A stretch of DNA of 64,000 nucleotides, from the NCBI RefSeq assembly GCF_023055435.1, contig NW_025963779.1, positions 65,968,001-66,032,000 on the forward strand, given 5' to 3'. A program made the translations under genes and the position numbers. Positions 38,301 through 50,661 of the stretch are shown here, piece after piece. Within the stretch, counting starts at the first letter, position 1. Every line of letters starts with the position of its first letter. The stretch is from Haliotis rufescens (Eukaryota). Under the pieces are notes generated by a model. It did not search any database and was not told the DNA's origin. It saw only the letters and a program-made list of their open reading frames with translations.

Positions 38301-41300
38301 CGGCCTCATATTGCTCGACTTGATCAGGATTCTCTTTAACAAAACAACGTGAATGTCATCCCCTGGCCGGCTCGCTCCCCTGATCTCTCACCAATCGAGC
38401 ACATGTGGGTTGAGATGGATCGGCGCCTTCGAAGTCAACCACGTGTTCCACAGACACTCCAGGAACTTCGAAACATGCTGCAGCAGATATGGACAGATAT
38501 CCCAAAGGACTTTGTACGACGACTAGTCCATTCCATGAGACGAAGATGTGTTGCTTGCATCGCAACCAGAGATGGACACACACGCTATTGATTTGTAAAT
38601 TGACATTTTGGAAAGTTCATGGGTTTTTTATGAAATCATGCATTTTCTGAAGTCAGTATGGCAAATTAAACCAATTTGAACACTTACAGGAGTCTTTTAT
38701 CTGTTGCAATGTTACAGGAACTTTGTTGTTAAGTATACGTTTTTATACGTGCAATATATACTCAACCGCAAAAGAAACGCAAGTTGTACATAAAATGCGG
38801 ATAACGTTAAGACCATAAAAGATAAATTATGTACATGTAGATAATGTTAAGAAATGATAACAAAGAAAACATTTAATAACAAATTGGCGTTGATTGTTGA
38901 TGACAACCATCCGTGTTAATTGAAAATCCCCCCGAAAACAGGGTACCCCAAAAATAGATAAATGACAAGTGTCAGTCGTGTCCATCAATAGTGTGTCCCC
39001 TCCGTTAGCTGCGACACAGGCTGCACATCGCCTTCTCGTTGAGTCGACAAATCTGTGGAAGAAGGCTTGAGGAATCCCTTTCTATTCCCGCCTAACAATG
39101 CTTCCAGTTCCTGAAGTATATGTGGCTGCCTTGCAGCCTGAAAATGTCTCCCAATGTCGTCCCAGATATGCCCAATAGGCGGTGTCCGGTGACAAAGACG
39201 GCCAGGGCAACACAGAAACTTTGAGGAAGTCCATAGAGACCCGTGCTGGATGACGTGGACTTTGAATGGTTGCAACTGTCTGTGTTGCTCGTCGCTGTTG
39301 GTCACGCAGATGTGTCACCCGGATGTAACGGACCTGCGCTGGAGTAGTGACCCTGGGCCGTCCAGAATATGAGGCCGGTCCTGGACACTGCCTGTCTGTT
39401 GATGCCTTGCGACCAATCTGATGTTGGTTGACACATGACATCCAAAGTGCCTCGCCACTGCAGGTGACGTTGATCCCGTCTGTAGCATCCCAATGGCAAC
39501 GCCTCTCTGGAGTCGAGTATGACATGTTTGGTGTTTTTTCATATAGTGGCTTATAAAGAATGGAGAAGGAAATGCACGCATTTTTGCCTGTGATTTTTGC
39601 GTTTCTTTTGCGGTTGAATATATCAGGAGAAAGAAACATGGCAAATATGCGGACCCCGCTATGTTGATGGTTCAGTACTGCTCGACGGTACAGAAATAAG
39701 TGTCAACCAAGCGAAGTGTCATATCAAATCAGCCCAGAGTCAGTTTTTCAAGGATAGACTATATGAACGACCACTGCATCGGGTTTATGAGCAGTGTGTT
39801 GACACGATCAGCAACCCTGCAGAGTCCTTCGCTTGGAAGAAGTCGGCTGGACTGAAAAGTGAAACAAGCAGAAGGCTTTCTGTTTGCTGCTCAGGACAAG
39901 TCACTTCCCACTCGAAATCGTCAATGTGGGATTTTTCATCAAAATGAAAATATGAAATGTAGAATAAATTGATAATAAATAATTCTATTGATTATGCAAT
40001 GAATTTAATGAGACTGTCCAACACATTATCAGTGAATGCATATCTCAAACGACATGATGTAGTGGCTTGGTCATTTTATTTCCGTCTTCGCAATGCTTGT
40101 GGTTTTAACACAGAGGTCCATCCATAGTTCGACCCAGAATATGTAGAGGGCGTCATGGAAAATGATAAATACAAAATTCTTTGGAATAGGCCCGTATACA
40201 GCCTCAGACGTATCCAGGCCAACAAACCCCTGATCTTGTCCTTTTTGATGAATCCAATGAAATCATTTATATCATTGAATTTTTCTGTCCCTTTTGACAC
40301 TAATGACATTGAAAAGATTCAGGAAAAACATGGCACATATGCGGACCTAAGTGTCACGCTTGCATCCCGACTAACCGAATCCCCATTGTTCTCGGTGCCT
40401 TAATCTTGGTACCTCCCAAAATGACATTGGGAGAGCACCCGGTTTTGTTACCAGTAATACAGCCCTTCTGACAATCTGGGTAATGCAGAAGGCTGCAGTG
40501 TTGAGGAGTGTTAACATTCTCCGACAAGTTCTGAGAGGGTACAGCTAGGCAGCGCTTCCTGGCAGTCCCATTCGCTGTCTGGGCTGCGTGTAGAGGGGCC
40601 AAGGGCCCTGATCTGATGATGAGCCTAAATAGCCTGACTGTGCCAGGATCATCCAAACCCTCTTTGCTGGATTTTGTTTATTTTGATATTCTGAATGTGA
40701 TAATAATAATAACGTTTATATAACTAATTATAATAAATTATCAATGTATAATTGATATCGGTATTAGTGTGTCTCAACAGCCGATTAACGGTCACGTATA
40801 TAGAACAGGTGAAAAGAAATGATTTCCAAATGAGTCAGTACAAGTGACCGTGACTGTTCTATTTTCGTGCAACGTCAACAAAGCACCAGTATTCACGATG
40901 GTGATAAGTATGTCACGACTGCACTCGCTTGTAAAGAGTAAGTGTGCGATTGCGACCAATGTTGATCCACGTTATACAACTTAATGTCGTGAAATCTAAC
41001 TTGACTTTAAAGGTGTAAAGAATATATGGAGCGTCTGCATAATTAAGAATGTGGCACAAATAATTTGCAAATGACAAATACAATGTTTCGCGTTGACACA
41101 AGCTATGTTTGCTTCTCTCGGTCACCCACCTCCAAATGAACATAGCCATGCGTCCCCAAGTCCGGGTTGTTTAGAACTGATGGCATCCCATCTCGTTTTT
41201 TACGAGTGAAAAATGCGATAGGGTGTCTCACAAACCATATAAGTAGAGCGAACAAAATGAATGTTGAATAAAAACAGCCCAGTCCGAAGGAAATCCACCT

Positions 41301-41324
41301 GAGAAAAATGTCTTTAATCGCCAT
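29358..41324 (-). CDS. EPHX4: Epoxide hydrolase 4-like copy C, complete 6-exon gene, 330 aa
   Basis: Exons 41130-41324, 36942-37066, 36149-36261, 35209-35377, 33405-33544, 29358-29608. All GT-AG, 993 nt with stop. HGFPE, HDWGG, NYYR, WGCKD and the His (ACHQV) are intact. Two N gaps lie in introns. Confidence 0.9.
30572..30747. other. Assembly gap (176 N)
   Basis: Run of N. Confidence 0.99.
31250..33129 (+). mobile_element. 5'-truncated CR1/L2-like LINE (RT and 3' UTR)
   Basis: YRPVSL, QSGFQAGHST and GVPQGSVLGLFLFLVYINDI motifs, frameshifted; ends AATAAAATATGTTTAAACT. Confidence 0.85.
34284..34440. other. Assembly gap (157 N)
   Basis: Run of N. Confidence 0.99.
36385..36690. repeat. Degenerate ~22-bp minisatellite in intron 2 of C (paralogous tract in D at about 56310-56500)
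   Basis: Recurrent CTTTCTGATAG-like units. Confidence 0.55.
37336..38735 (+). mobile_element. Full-length Tc1/mariner element with frameshifted transposase
   Basis: Imperfect ~28-bp TIRs (TACTCAACAACAAAAATTCCTGTGACA and its reverse complement ending 38735), flanked by TA. Transposase 37631-38591 has MPRLSENELLRAIGML, VLFTDES, FQHDNARPH and WPARSPDLSPIEH. Confidence 0.92.
38759..39620 (-). mobile_element. Internally deleted Tc1/mariner element
   Basis: 24-bp TIRs TA(C/T)TCAACCGCAAAAGAAACGCAA with TA flanks; SGRPRVTT N-terminal half fused to the WPSLSPD C-terminus. Confidence 0.9.
39700..40712 (+). mobile_element. 3' fragment of an RLE-type (R4/Dong/NeSL-like) LINE
   Basis: EGFLFAAQDKSLPTRN, ETVQHIISEC, ENDKYKILWN and IEFSVPFD motifs; (TAA)n tail. 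Confidence 0.65.
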
Positions 41325-41437
41325 ACTTCCTGGTTGGGAAAATCAAAAGTGCTGACGAGAATTAGTAGAAACGAAATAAGTTCCACCCTTATGTAGGTAA
41401 TAATGCGCGGACTTTGACCCATGTCATAAGCTGTATA

Positions 41438-41496
41438 GTTGAAGTGAAATCGGGTTTAACGGCGCGTTCAAGATCATGGCACTTACATAGTGACGT
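41438..41496 (-). mobile_element. 5'-truncated SINE1 tail in the promoter of C
   Basis: Matches the SINE1 3' end; 14-bp TSD TCATAAGCTGTATA at 41424-41437 and 41497-41510. Confidence 0.75.
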
Positions 41497-41939
41497 TCAT
41501 AAGCTGTATATCATTGATAACACTTTACGTACTGGCCCACTTTAATCAAACATACCCATATTCCTAGTCAGCAAGCACGGACTAGTCTGCTTTATACTGC
41601 CAATATTTGTGTTTGCTCTGTTAACACCCGTATCGATAAGCCAGCAGTGGCAACATGGTGTCTACAATGACGGGCGACCATCCCATTACATAACTGCATA
41701 ACGTCAACAATGCTGTATCGTGTATAAAATCCTCATTTCTAAATAACGCGTGCTTCGTATGGGTTTGTATAACCTGTTGGAGATATCATGTTTAATTAAC
41801 ATACACATTGTGTAATAACATTCAGGGGCTGGCTGGATTATTTCACTGAGACGTCGGTTGCAGATTGCAACTGCTCCAAGACGGATAATCTGCTCCCGAC
41901 AGGCACTACAACTTATCCTGAAACTGTGGAGATGCATTG

Positions 41940-42830
41940 ATATAATGTTACATCAAAACTAGCAGACTGGTGACCCTATCTAACCTAACGATATGACAGC
42001 TGTGTCATAACATAGTATATCGCAAAGCGATGCACCGATACCGTTTGGAATCATCGCAGCCCTAACCAGTTTATCATGTATGGTGTTTCAGGAAGACTAG
42101 GTGGGACACACTGGTAATTGTTATGCTGCTTCGTGAACACAGTTAAAACAAAATATACAAATTAGTGTAAATCACTATTAAAAAAACACTTATAATTCTC
42201 TAAACCTATTTTTCATCAACTAAACATTAAACAATAATATTTTACCTATATCATTTTAATAAGCGATAGTAACATTGATCAATAGGAGAGATTTAACAAG
42301 CTGTCGTTATCTTTGACGCTGTGACATCACAAAAATAGGTGCCATTTTTGGCCAAGTCTGATTGCTCCCGACAGAACGTTGAATTGCATAACATGACAAA
42401 TAGCTCAACAGTGTGGACAGTAGGATTCTGTGGCATCATGTCTGATGGCCACATTAAAGCTACACGGTGTTGAGAAGGTTCGTGTGACTGCCAGGGATGG
42501 CATCTGTTTTGTTCCTATGGTTCTGTATCGTCCCCCCTTGTGGTAGGCCCTTTGTGCACATTACTATTAGGACAGTTTTATTTTTAGGCTGTTTGATAGT
42601 TTTACAAAAAAATCAAGTTTCATTACTTCACACGTTTCTGAAAATGTCACTAAGATCTCCAACATAAAAAAAAACATGCCACACTTCAGAGTTAGTGAGT
42701 ATGGTTTTACGCCGCTTTTAGCAATATTCCAGCAATATCACAGCGGGTGACACCAGACACATTCAGAGAACCTACGACATATCTGAGACTTGTCTCCATT
42801 TTGTACCTCCATTTTGATCATTTGACAATA
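41940..42830 (-). pseudogene. Orphan 3' UTR / downstream flank of a lost EPHX4-like copy
   Basis: Colinear similarity to the downstream flanks of B (6170-6800), C (28770-29170) and D (60000-60610, reverse); no coding exon remains. Confidence 0.7.
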
Positions 42831-45559
42831 TGTACTCTTAAAAAAGAGGGGATACTTAGAAATAACTTAAAATTTCAAAGTTGACGTTTTGAGATCATGA
42901 TCAGTATTGCGTAATACCTCCACGATTTGTTAAACATTCATTCACTCGACAGGGCATACTGCGATTGAATTTCGCAATGGCGATTGGAGAGAGTATGTCC
43001 CACTCCTCTTGAAGCGCCTGGTTCAGAGAACGTGGTCGGTGGCCCAGGACGTTGACGCACACGTCTCCCTATCATGTCGATTGAGGTATTAAAATCTGTA
43101 AAGTTACTATGTAGGGTTTACTTGCTATTTAAATATAATTCACTTAAGAGTTACACATGATTCACCCAGTGTGTTGATTGATCTAGGGCACTATTATGCA
43201 TTATAGTTTAACAAATAATACTCTTGACAATCGTCCATTAAAGTGAAGCCTTTTGTGTTTTCAAAACACTCAGCATGGTCCCTATATACAGAAATACGTT
43301 TGTGCATGATTGTACAGGCGGGCACGACACACGAAAACATCACACGTGTTACAGGGAATGTGTACAGATTGATAGATTGTTCTACACGGATCAACCTACC
43401 ACTTGTCACATTACATCGTGCATTAGACATCCGTTCTCTATCCGAAGCGGCTAGTTGGACGAGGCCCGTGTGGACAACATCAACTAAGACATCATTAATG
43501 TATAATGAAAAGGGTTAAGATAGTTAGAATGATATTTCCTCCAGCATCTTACTACTTTATAAGGCCACAGGGTCTCGTGTGAGTCCGTTAAGATGAAGCG
43601 CTTTAACTATACATTCTCAATATAGTCTCTGTCAGAAGTGTTCACTGTTCATCGTATTTAAAGCAAACACGTTTGTTAAAGTGACGCCATGTTCCCTCTA
43701 CTCTCAACACTGTCTCTATCAGAAGTGTTTGGTCTGTGTTCAGTCCGACTTGGCCCGGGTGGTGAAAAGCAACAAGCCTCAATGTATCACGGAAAGAGTC
43801 TGTATCTATAGGCTAGTGTTATACCCGCCGACATACCATTTTATACTGTATATTATATTTTCTCAAGAATATCAATGTCACAAGTGTTTGGTCCGACTTG
43901 GTCCGGGCTGTCATAATCAGCTTAAACGTCAAAGATGTATCGTCACATGTATTTAGACATGCAGAATAGTATAACTTCTACCTAAATACCACTTTGAAAT
44001 GTCACAGATCGTGGTATTTAAAACAAACACGTTGCTCAATGCGAAACTCTCTTTCTTCCATACCATCAACATAATCACAGTCAAAAGTGTTTACTTCGGC
44101 TTGACGTCACAAGACAGACACGTCGTGCAAATAACTCTTCGTTCAGCCCTCTGTATGTCATAAAAGTCTATAGTGGATGTGTTTACTAGATGACACAGTA
44201 AATTGTCATTGCACGGAATCCATATCTCCTGCGTAGCTCCATTTTCCCCTCTACTAAGTATATATGATCTCTGACAGAAATATCCGAATTTCCTTGTTGG
44301 ATTGTTCAACATGAATGACAAATTAATCTTGTGACATTGTCGTTAGTTCACCTCCTCGTTCACCACCTCCCCCTCTTCCATTTATAAAGAACAGTAATAG
44401 ATTTATAATTGAATAAGTCCAAAATAGATATATTTACCGTGGCTACATTTGAAAATTGGCATCTGACTTGGGGAAATATACGTACATATCAACTTGTGTT
44501 TGTTAAACCATTTGCTTGTGTTAAAACGTGTGTTATTTCAAAGGGAGGGGTATGGCTATATAACTTTTGTTCGCCCATTTTTTTATGTAACTAATTCTAC
44601 CTGCTAAATCATACTGAAATGACTCTTGAGAATAAGAATATTGATACATCGAACTTGATATCACAGTAATATGTGATAATAATGCAAACATAGGCTCTAA
44701 ATGGACATGAAAACGTATATGTTACGTTGAATACTCCCGCATATTTCAAAGTATGTAGATGGTAATTCCGGTAGACAATAAATGTAGCATAAATAGTACC
44801 ATTTTCCCATGATAGCCGCAACCTAATTTGTACAAATCACAAGTCATTAAAGTATACGATCAATTTACTGACATACCAGCTCCAAGTAGTGAGTAGTCAG
44901 CTGCATGCTCGACAATCCAACAGGCTAGATAACATTGACAGTCTCAAAGTAGACACAGTTTATGGATAACAACTTACTGTAAGGGCAACGTTTCGGTATA
45001 GATCCTTGTACCGTTGTCAAGCAAGACTGAATTAGGAACATTGTACAGAATATATATAGTGGTGGATAAACAGTAACAACAATTGCATACAAGAGTGGGA
45101 TGACATTAGTAGGTAATGAGTAGGTAATGTCATCCCACTCATGTATAATCACTAATAATCATAAAGTTTTAAACCTGACATTCCAGATCTATCTTGGATG
45201 AATATTTTCTCTTATAACTTTAATTATAAACAGTCCAAACTTTGGATTTTCCTTGTAATCATATGTCTATTAATGTGTGTACGTATGGTATTTTGCCAAT
45301 TTGCATTCTGTAATCATGCTTGTAATTGTTTTGTTGCTGGAGCGGTATTAATATAAACAAGCTGCACTGGTTTACCAATGTAGGTTTGTACATTGTCTGT
45401 GCGCATAGAGCTATCACATAGAGCTATCACTTATCACATCACACTGGAATTAAGTAACTAAACTCATTCTAAGGCCGCTTTTGTTTCTCAATGACCAGGA
45501 ATTTTTTCGCGTATGAAATATTATTTCTCGTATTAATAGTGATATAGAGATTATATATA

Positions 45560-46050
45560 TGTGTGTCATACTGATTATACGAAACGAGTGTCAGAATTCT
45601 TGTATTTCCCGAGCGAGAGCGAGTGTATTACATGAATTCTTACACGAGTTTCGTAAAATTAGTGTGACACACACGTGAGTGTAATAATTTCTTTATTACC
45701 CATTATTTCTTACTTCTTTTCAGCTCCCCTAAATAATGCAATGCTCACCACCGCTGTCCTCACCATGCTCACCAACCACAATTTGTCGTATGACACCAAC
45801 AATCTTCGTTTTGACTTCGTTTCTAGTGTGACGTCATTCCGTACTTACGTCACAATATGATTAGACGTCTGGATGACGGAAACAATACACTGTTGCGCGA
45901 GAATTTATATTTGCACTGGGTCACATAAGGTTTTTATCAACTAGGTTTTTTCTAACACTATAAGGGTAACAAATAGATGATATTATATGAGTGGTCACAC
46001 TATGTTTACACACGAGTGTCTAAATTCCGGTATTTCGCGAGCGAGAGCGG
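45560..46050. mobile_element. Non-autonomous element with terminal hairpin
   Basis: Foldback 45560-45673 around GAGCGAGAGCGAG; a partial second copy of the motif lies at 46010-46050. Confidence 0.6.
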
Positions 46051-46759
46051 ACATGTTTGTTTATAAACAGTTAAAGTAGTCCCTACTTCACCTTTCATAT
46101 TTGCATTTCTATCCGCATATGACCCAAAACGGATATCGTTTTCATGCGTTGGTTTTATCCTGCCGAGAAACCTTCCATTATATGTATGATAAAATAGGTT
46201 ATTATTTTATTTCACATTTTCGAAGGAAATTAAATTCCCATTAAAGTCAGACATATTAACGGAAAGCTGAAATTACAATATCTTTGATTTCTTAATTAAC
46301 CTTCACGGATGTATAAGTTAACGTTATCTCTATAACTGTCGGCGATGAAATACAATTGAACGTGCATGACACGTAATTAGGGGCAATGGTCCGAATGTGT
46401 TGATTGATTACGCAACACCTATTTGATTGCAGTTACACAGTGGGCAATATATCAATCTGATTACAGGCGTAATTGCTATTAATTCCGCAGCTGCATGTAC
46501 AAACGTTATGATAAGGCTCCATGAGACGTAAGACTTGTAGTTAAGCTAATAAATTCATTTCACCAACATTGCCGCAAATAGAAGCCAACATCTTTAATGC
46601 TTCGGTCCGCCTACGCAACCTGTCAAGATCTAATCATGCGGAATAATCCTTTGCCTAGTTTTTTCCTTTCTATGTGTTTATAGCTGCAAATCAAATAAAA
46701 ACGACGAATGTTTTATCTCCAAAGTAAGTATTAAATTAGACACGCGACAGGCGTGTGAT

Positions 46760-46850
46760 CTGGGCCCAGTTGCACAAAGCGATCTTAGCGCTAAGATGAT
46801 AGGCTTACAATAGTTGTAGCGCTAAGATCGCTTTGTGTAAGTGGGCCCTG
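46760..46850. mobile_element. Small MITE (GGGCCC...CACAAAGCGATCTTAGCGCTA inverted ends)
   Basis: Inverted arms; related sequence at 30320-30430, 30750-30857 and 34441-34550. Confidence 0.7.
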
Positions 46851-46984
46851 GTCAGGGTGATCTCCCATTAGTTACACATCCCATTTGCCATACACTTCTA
46901 TATTCTCAGCCTTGCGGAGGCCAGGGGGGGGGGGGGGGGGGGCAACGTCGAGGTACGCTGTCAATTCAAACTACCTGGGACAGC

Positions 46985-47470
46985 TGCGCCCATATATACA
47001 CTAATGGATGCAATAATCTTATCAACAACAGTGCTGGTTACGGGATCCATAGCCCCAAACCCCAAGACCATTCGGTTCGCCTGCCTGATGGTCAGTCAGT
47101 ATTCACGGCTGAATTGGAAGCAATTCATCATGCACTCAAACTCATACCGGAACTTCCGGCAGCAATTGCAGTCGTCCTATCAGACTCGCTAAGTGCACTT
47201 CAAGCCATCATGATCAGCGGCAGAAACTCAAACTCCAGGCCAAACACAGTCAACAATATTCATTACGAATATTACAAAACTATCGGACCAAGGGCAACAG
47301 CTGGAACTGTGTTGGATCTTCTCTCACGTAGATATTCATGGAAATGAAAACGCAGAGTCACAAGCGAAACTAGCTCTAGACAAAGCGGATATACAGCCTA
47401 TTCCTTTTAGTAAACTAGAGATAAAAAGCAAAATCAAAGCCTCTATAGCAGAAAGATAGCCCAATGGGAC
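46985..47470 (+). mobile_element. RNase H domain fragment of an I/Nimb/Ingi-type LINE
   Basis: HIYTNG, SVFTAELEAI, SDSLSALQAI and frameshifted CWIFSHVDIHGNENA. Confidence 0.8.
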
Positions 47471-47784
47471 GCAAGTAACACCATGTTATCTGTTGTTTGT
47501 GTCATGAGGAAAAGCCATGGCCTTGGGAATGATTGCTGTATGCGCAGGTATTGTGTAGCCTTCAACTCTTATCATGTCGCGTCAAGGCCACTATCAGAAG
47601 TAAGCCAAGGTTGGGACGCCCTGACCTGCACTACGTGACACTGGCAAATAAGGGTCCGTAACGCTGTGTTATGCAATAACACAAAATTGAGATAGCTCGT
47701 TATATACTACTCAACAGACGTTAAAGAACACCCGAGTATTTCATAGTACTATAGTGTTCTTTAACTTCTTTTGTGTACTAAATC

Positions 47785-47941
47785 GGGGCGGTCGGGTAGC
47801 ATAGTGGTTAAAGCGTCACGCCGAAGACCCGGGTTCGATTCCCGACATGGGTACAGTGTGTGAAGCCCATTTCTGGTGTCAATCGCCGTGATATTGCTGG
47901 AATATTGCTAAAAGCGGCGTAAAACCATACTCACTCACTCA
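47785..47941 (+). mobile_element. tRNA-derived SINE family 2
   Basis: Consensus match with a small head deletion; (ACTC)n tail. Confidence 0.88.
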
Positions 47942-50597
47942 GTAAATCATTTGCACAGTGCTTCATTCTGCTTGTTACCCACTGGGAGCCGGGCTAGTAT
48001 TGGACCCCTGCAAGCAGTGATAGTTTTAAGGGTCGACTGATGGGAATCGGGTTGTCAGGCTCAGTGACTTGGAAACTGCGTGACAGCGTACCTCGACGTT
48101 GCTCATAATATCTACCAGTGGTTTGCCTGACATGGATTCGGTTATTTACTTCAGTAATCCAGATCAGGTTAGGTCTTCATGTTTTTCTTAAGTGACGACT
48201 AAAATTGGGATCAGGTGGTTGAAACATGTGTAAAAGATGATCGCGGGGTTGATCGCTTCGAATTCTCAGGTAGTGTTGTCCAGAAACAATCGCGTGTAAT
48301 CATTGCTGAATGGCGCGTAAAACATTCCTTCACTTTAGCGTTTCAATAATAGTACAGTTGTATTTGCAGAGTTAGTATGCAGAACCAGTTTACATTTCAC
48401 ACTACATTACCTCTTTCACTGACGACAGCGCACCAGCTTACTTATGTCGCCACTTAGAACTGAATACACATATAACCCATGGTCTATGATTCTGACATGT
48501 TAACCGCCGAGCTGAAAGAGTTATCTTCCCCAACAGCACGCCCGCCTTCACTGTGTTTCTGCCCGGGACGGGGACAAGCCGTTGATGTTGATGGTGCACG
48601 GCATCCCTGAGGCGTTATATTGTAGGATAAAGCACGTCCGAGGGGTTTTTTAATATTTAAAACCCGTATCCGCGGGATAAAACCGAGACGCGTCAACCTC
48701 GAGGTTTTATCCCAAGGATAAGGATAAGGGGATAAAAACCCGCGGGGAAGTGTGTTATCTTACTTATAAACCGTAAAAAGAAACTTAAAACATTTTCAAC
48801 ATGTTTCAAACATACTTTTTCATGAACCTGAGGAAACGGTCGTAAAATATCTGTTGCTGGCGTACGATTCTTGAACAAGACGTTTTAAAAAGCATTGCGA
48901 CTTATCAGCATCCATGTAGCCTAGTAGTACCCTCAATGGGCTACAGATACAAACGTTGGAAATCCTTGGAAATATAAAGAAAATCGTTTGATTTTGCATT
49001 TCATTTCATGGAAGTTGTGTCAATAAAATACCCGGGATATTATAACGCATTTTCTAGCAAATGTGCCTGGAATATCCCATAACATCCAGGGAATAGTCTA
49101 TAACATACCGGGGACATTAAAACATCCCTGCTTATGAGATTTCACCCGACTGGAGAACAATAGGATGACGTCACTGGAGGTTTAAACCTGAGAAAGACTA
49201 CAGAAAAACACCCAGGCCAAGGCCTGATATAGAGATACTAGCCCCGGCTTCAAACAAACATCCTTCAATCTAAATCGGCTTTTATCCCAACGCAACCCAA
49301 CTCAGTCACCAAGTTATGCCGTTTGAACATAACATGCTGATAATTGCTTGCATATGGATATTTTGTACTGCCAGCTATATTGCGATGGTGTGCGTGTTTG
49401 TCACACCCCTCAAAAGAATTAGAATGTGCAAAAATAGCACATCGGCACATCTACAAAAACATTAATGTTGTTCTAGCTATACCACGGTAACGTGGAAATA
49501 ATCAATCTGGACCAGAAAAAACATATTCTTGACGGCATCAACAGCAGCACACAAAGTCCGGGTACGAAGACACACCACCAGCCAGGTCACAAAATGAGAC
49601 CATGTATTTCAAATTTATTTTTGTTTGTGACCATATGGACAACTGACTCGGAGGTAAGAATTCACTGTTGGATTCCTCATTTCTCATTACTATAGTTGAA
49701 AGCGATGCACTTCATGTAAACTACATACGTTCGCCAATAACACTTCCTCTCCAAGTAGATAATATTTTAGAACATCGAAGATGGATGTGTTATTGAATTT
49801 TCTATTTTAGTGCTCAAACTTGAAGCCCCTGATGTCAGTCACTGGCTTGTCTGGCCAGGATTCAGTTATTAATGTAGGCTTCCGTAAGATGGCTCAAATA
49901 TTGCTGATTGTGTCGAATGAACTCATTCACTCTAAACGGTCTTATGGTCATAAACCAAGTTCAACTTGATCTACCCAGCATCTCTGGGGGAGAAGTTGAA
50001 ATAACTGAAGCCGGATCCATCCCATACATTTAGTCATTCATGTGAGACTTCCGCCAATATTACTTTTAGAGCAACTGGATGCAGCGCTTTTTAAATCAGT
50101 ATTCTATTAATACCGATCTTTAGGCTTTATTATTTCATATACATATTGATAGCGTGAATAGGCGACCAGGGACTGATGAAGTGTGTCCTGCATATGGCGT
50201 CTGATTCTAATCACCTGACGACGGAGGGGGCTGTCACAGGTGACAGGTAAATATGTTAAGAGACATATGTGAACATCAATGAAAATGAATTAAACACGTC
50301 CCATTTTAATTCTGGAAACCCAAAAGTCCAGAAACTCTACGGTCGTTGCCCAATCTCGGTCAAAGGTATTTACAAAATTAAACATGCTGTTTTCATGGGA
50401 ACATACCAAGGAAGAAAAAATTAAAAATAAATTGTTCAAAAACTCAATATTTACACTATGTCGCCCATGGGCCTGATCACCTGCATATTAGGGGGTAGAC
50501 CGTTGGTTGTCACAGCTGACAAGTGAATTTGTTTTATTATGTGTGTTGTCATTGTCCTACAGTTAATAACATTGGTCAAAGTTTTCGCAGTACTGAA

Positions 50598-50627
50598 TAT
50601 AAAAGGATCGAGCTCATATACTCATTC
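50598..50627 (+). promoter_or_regulatory. Putative TATA box plus Inr-like TCATTC upstream of D
   Basis: TATAAAA at 50598-50604 and TCATTC at 50622-50627; equivalent motifs upstream of A (916-910, 883-878) and B (22598-22592, 22568-22563). Confidence 0.45.
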
Positions 50628-50661
50628 CCATCAACACTTTTGACTTTCCCAATCAGGAAGT

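Noticed and set aside
37565-38591. Active transposase gene
   Set aside because: Split over three frames by frameshifts and a stop.
46841-47347. 168-aa host RNase H gene
   Set aside because: The N-terminus crosses a MITE end and poly-G; the first catalytic Asp reads Asn; the C-terminus is frameshifted. It is a LINE relic.
48480-49250. Region with repeated GGGATAAAA(A)CC motifs and short palindromes
   Set aside because: Probably a non-autonomous transposon, but I could not define ends or a TSD.
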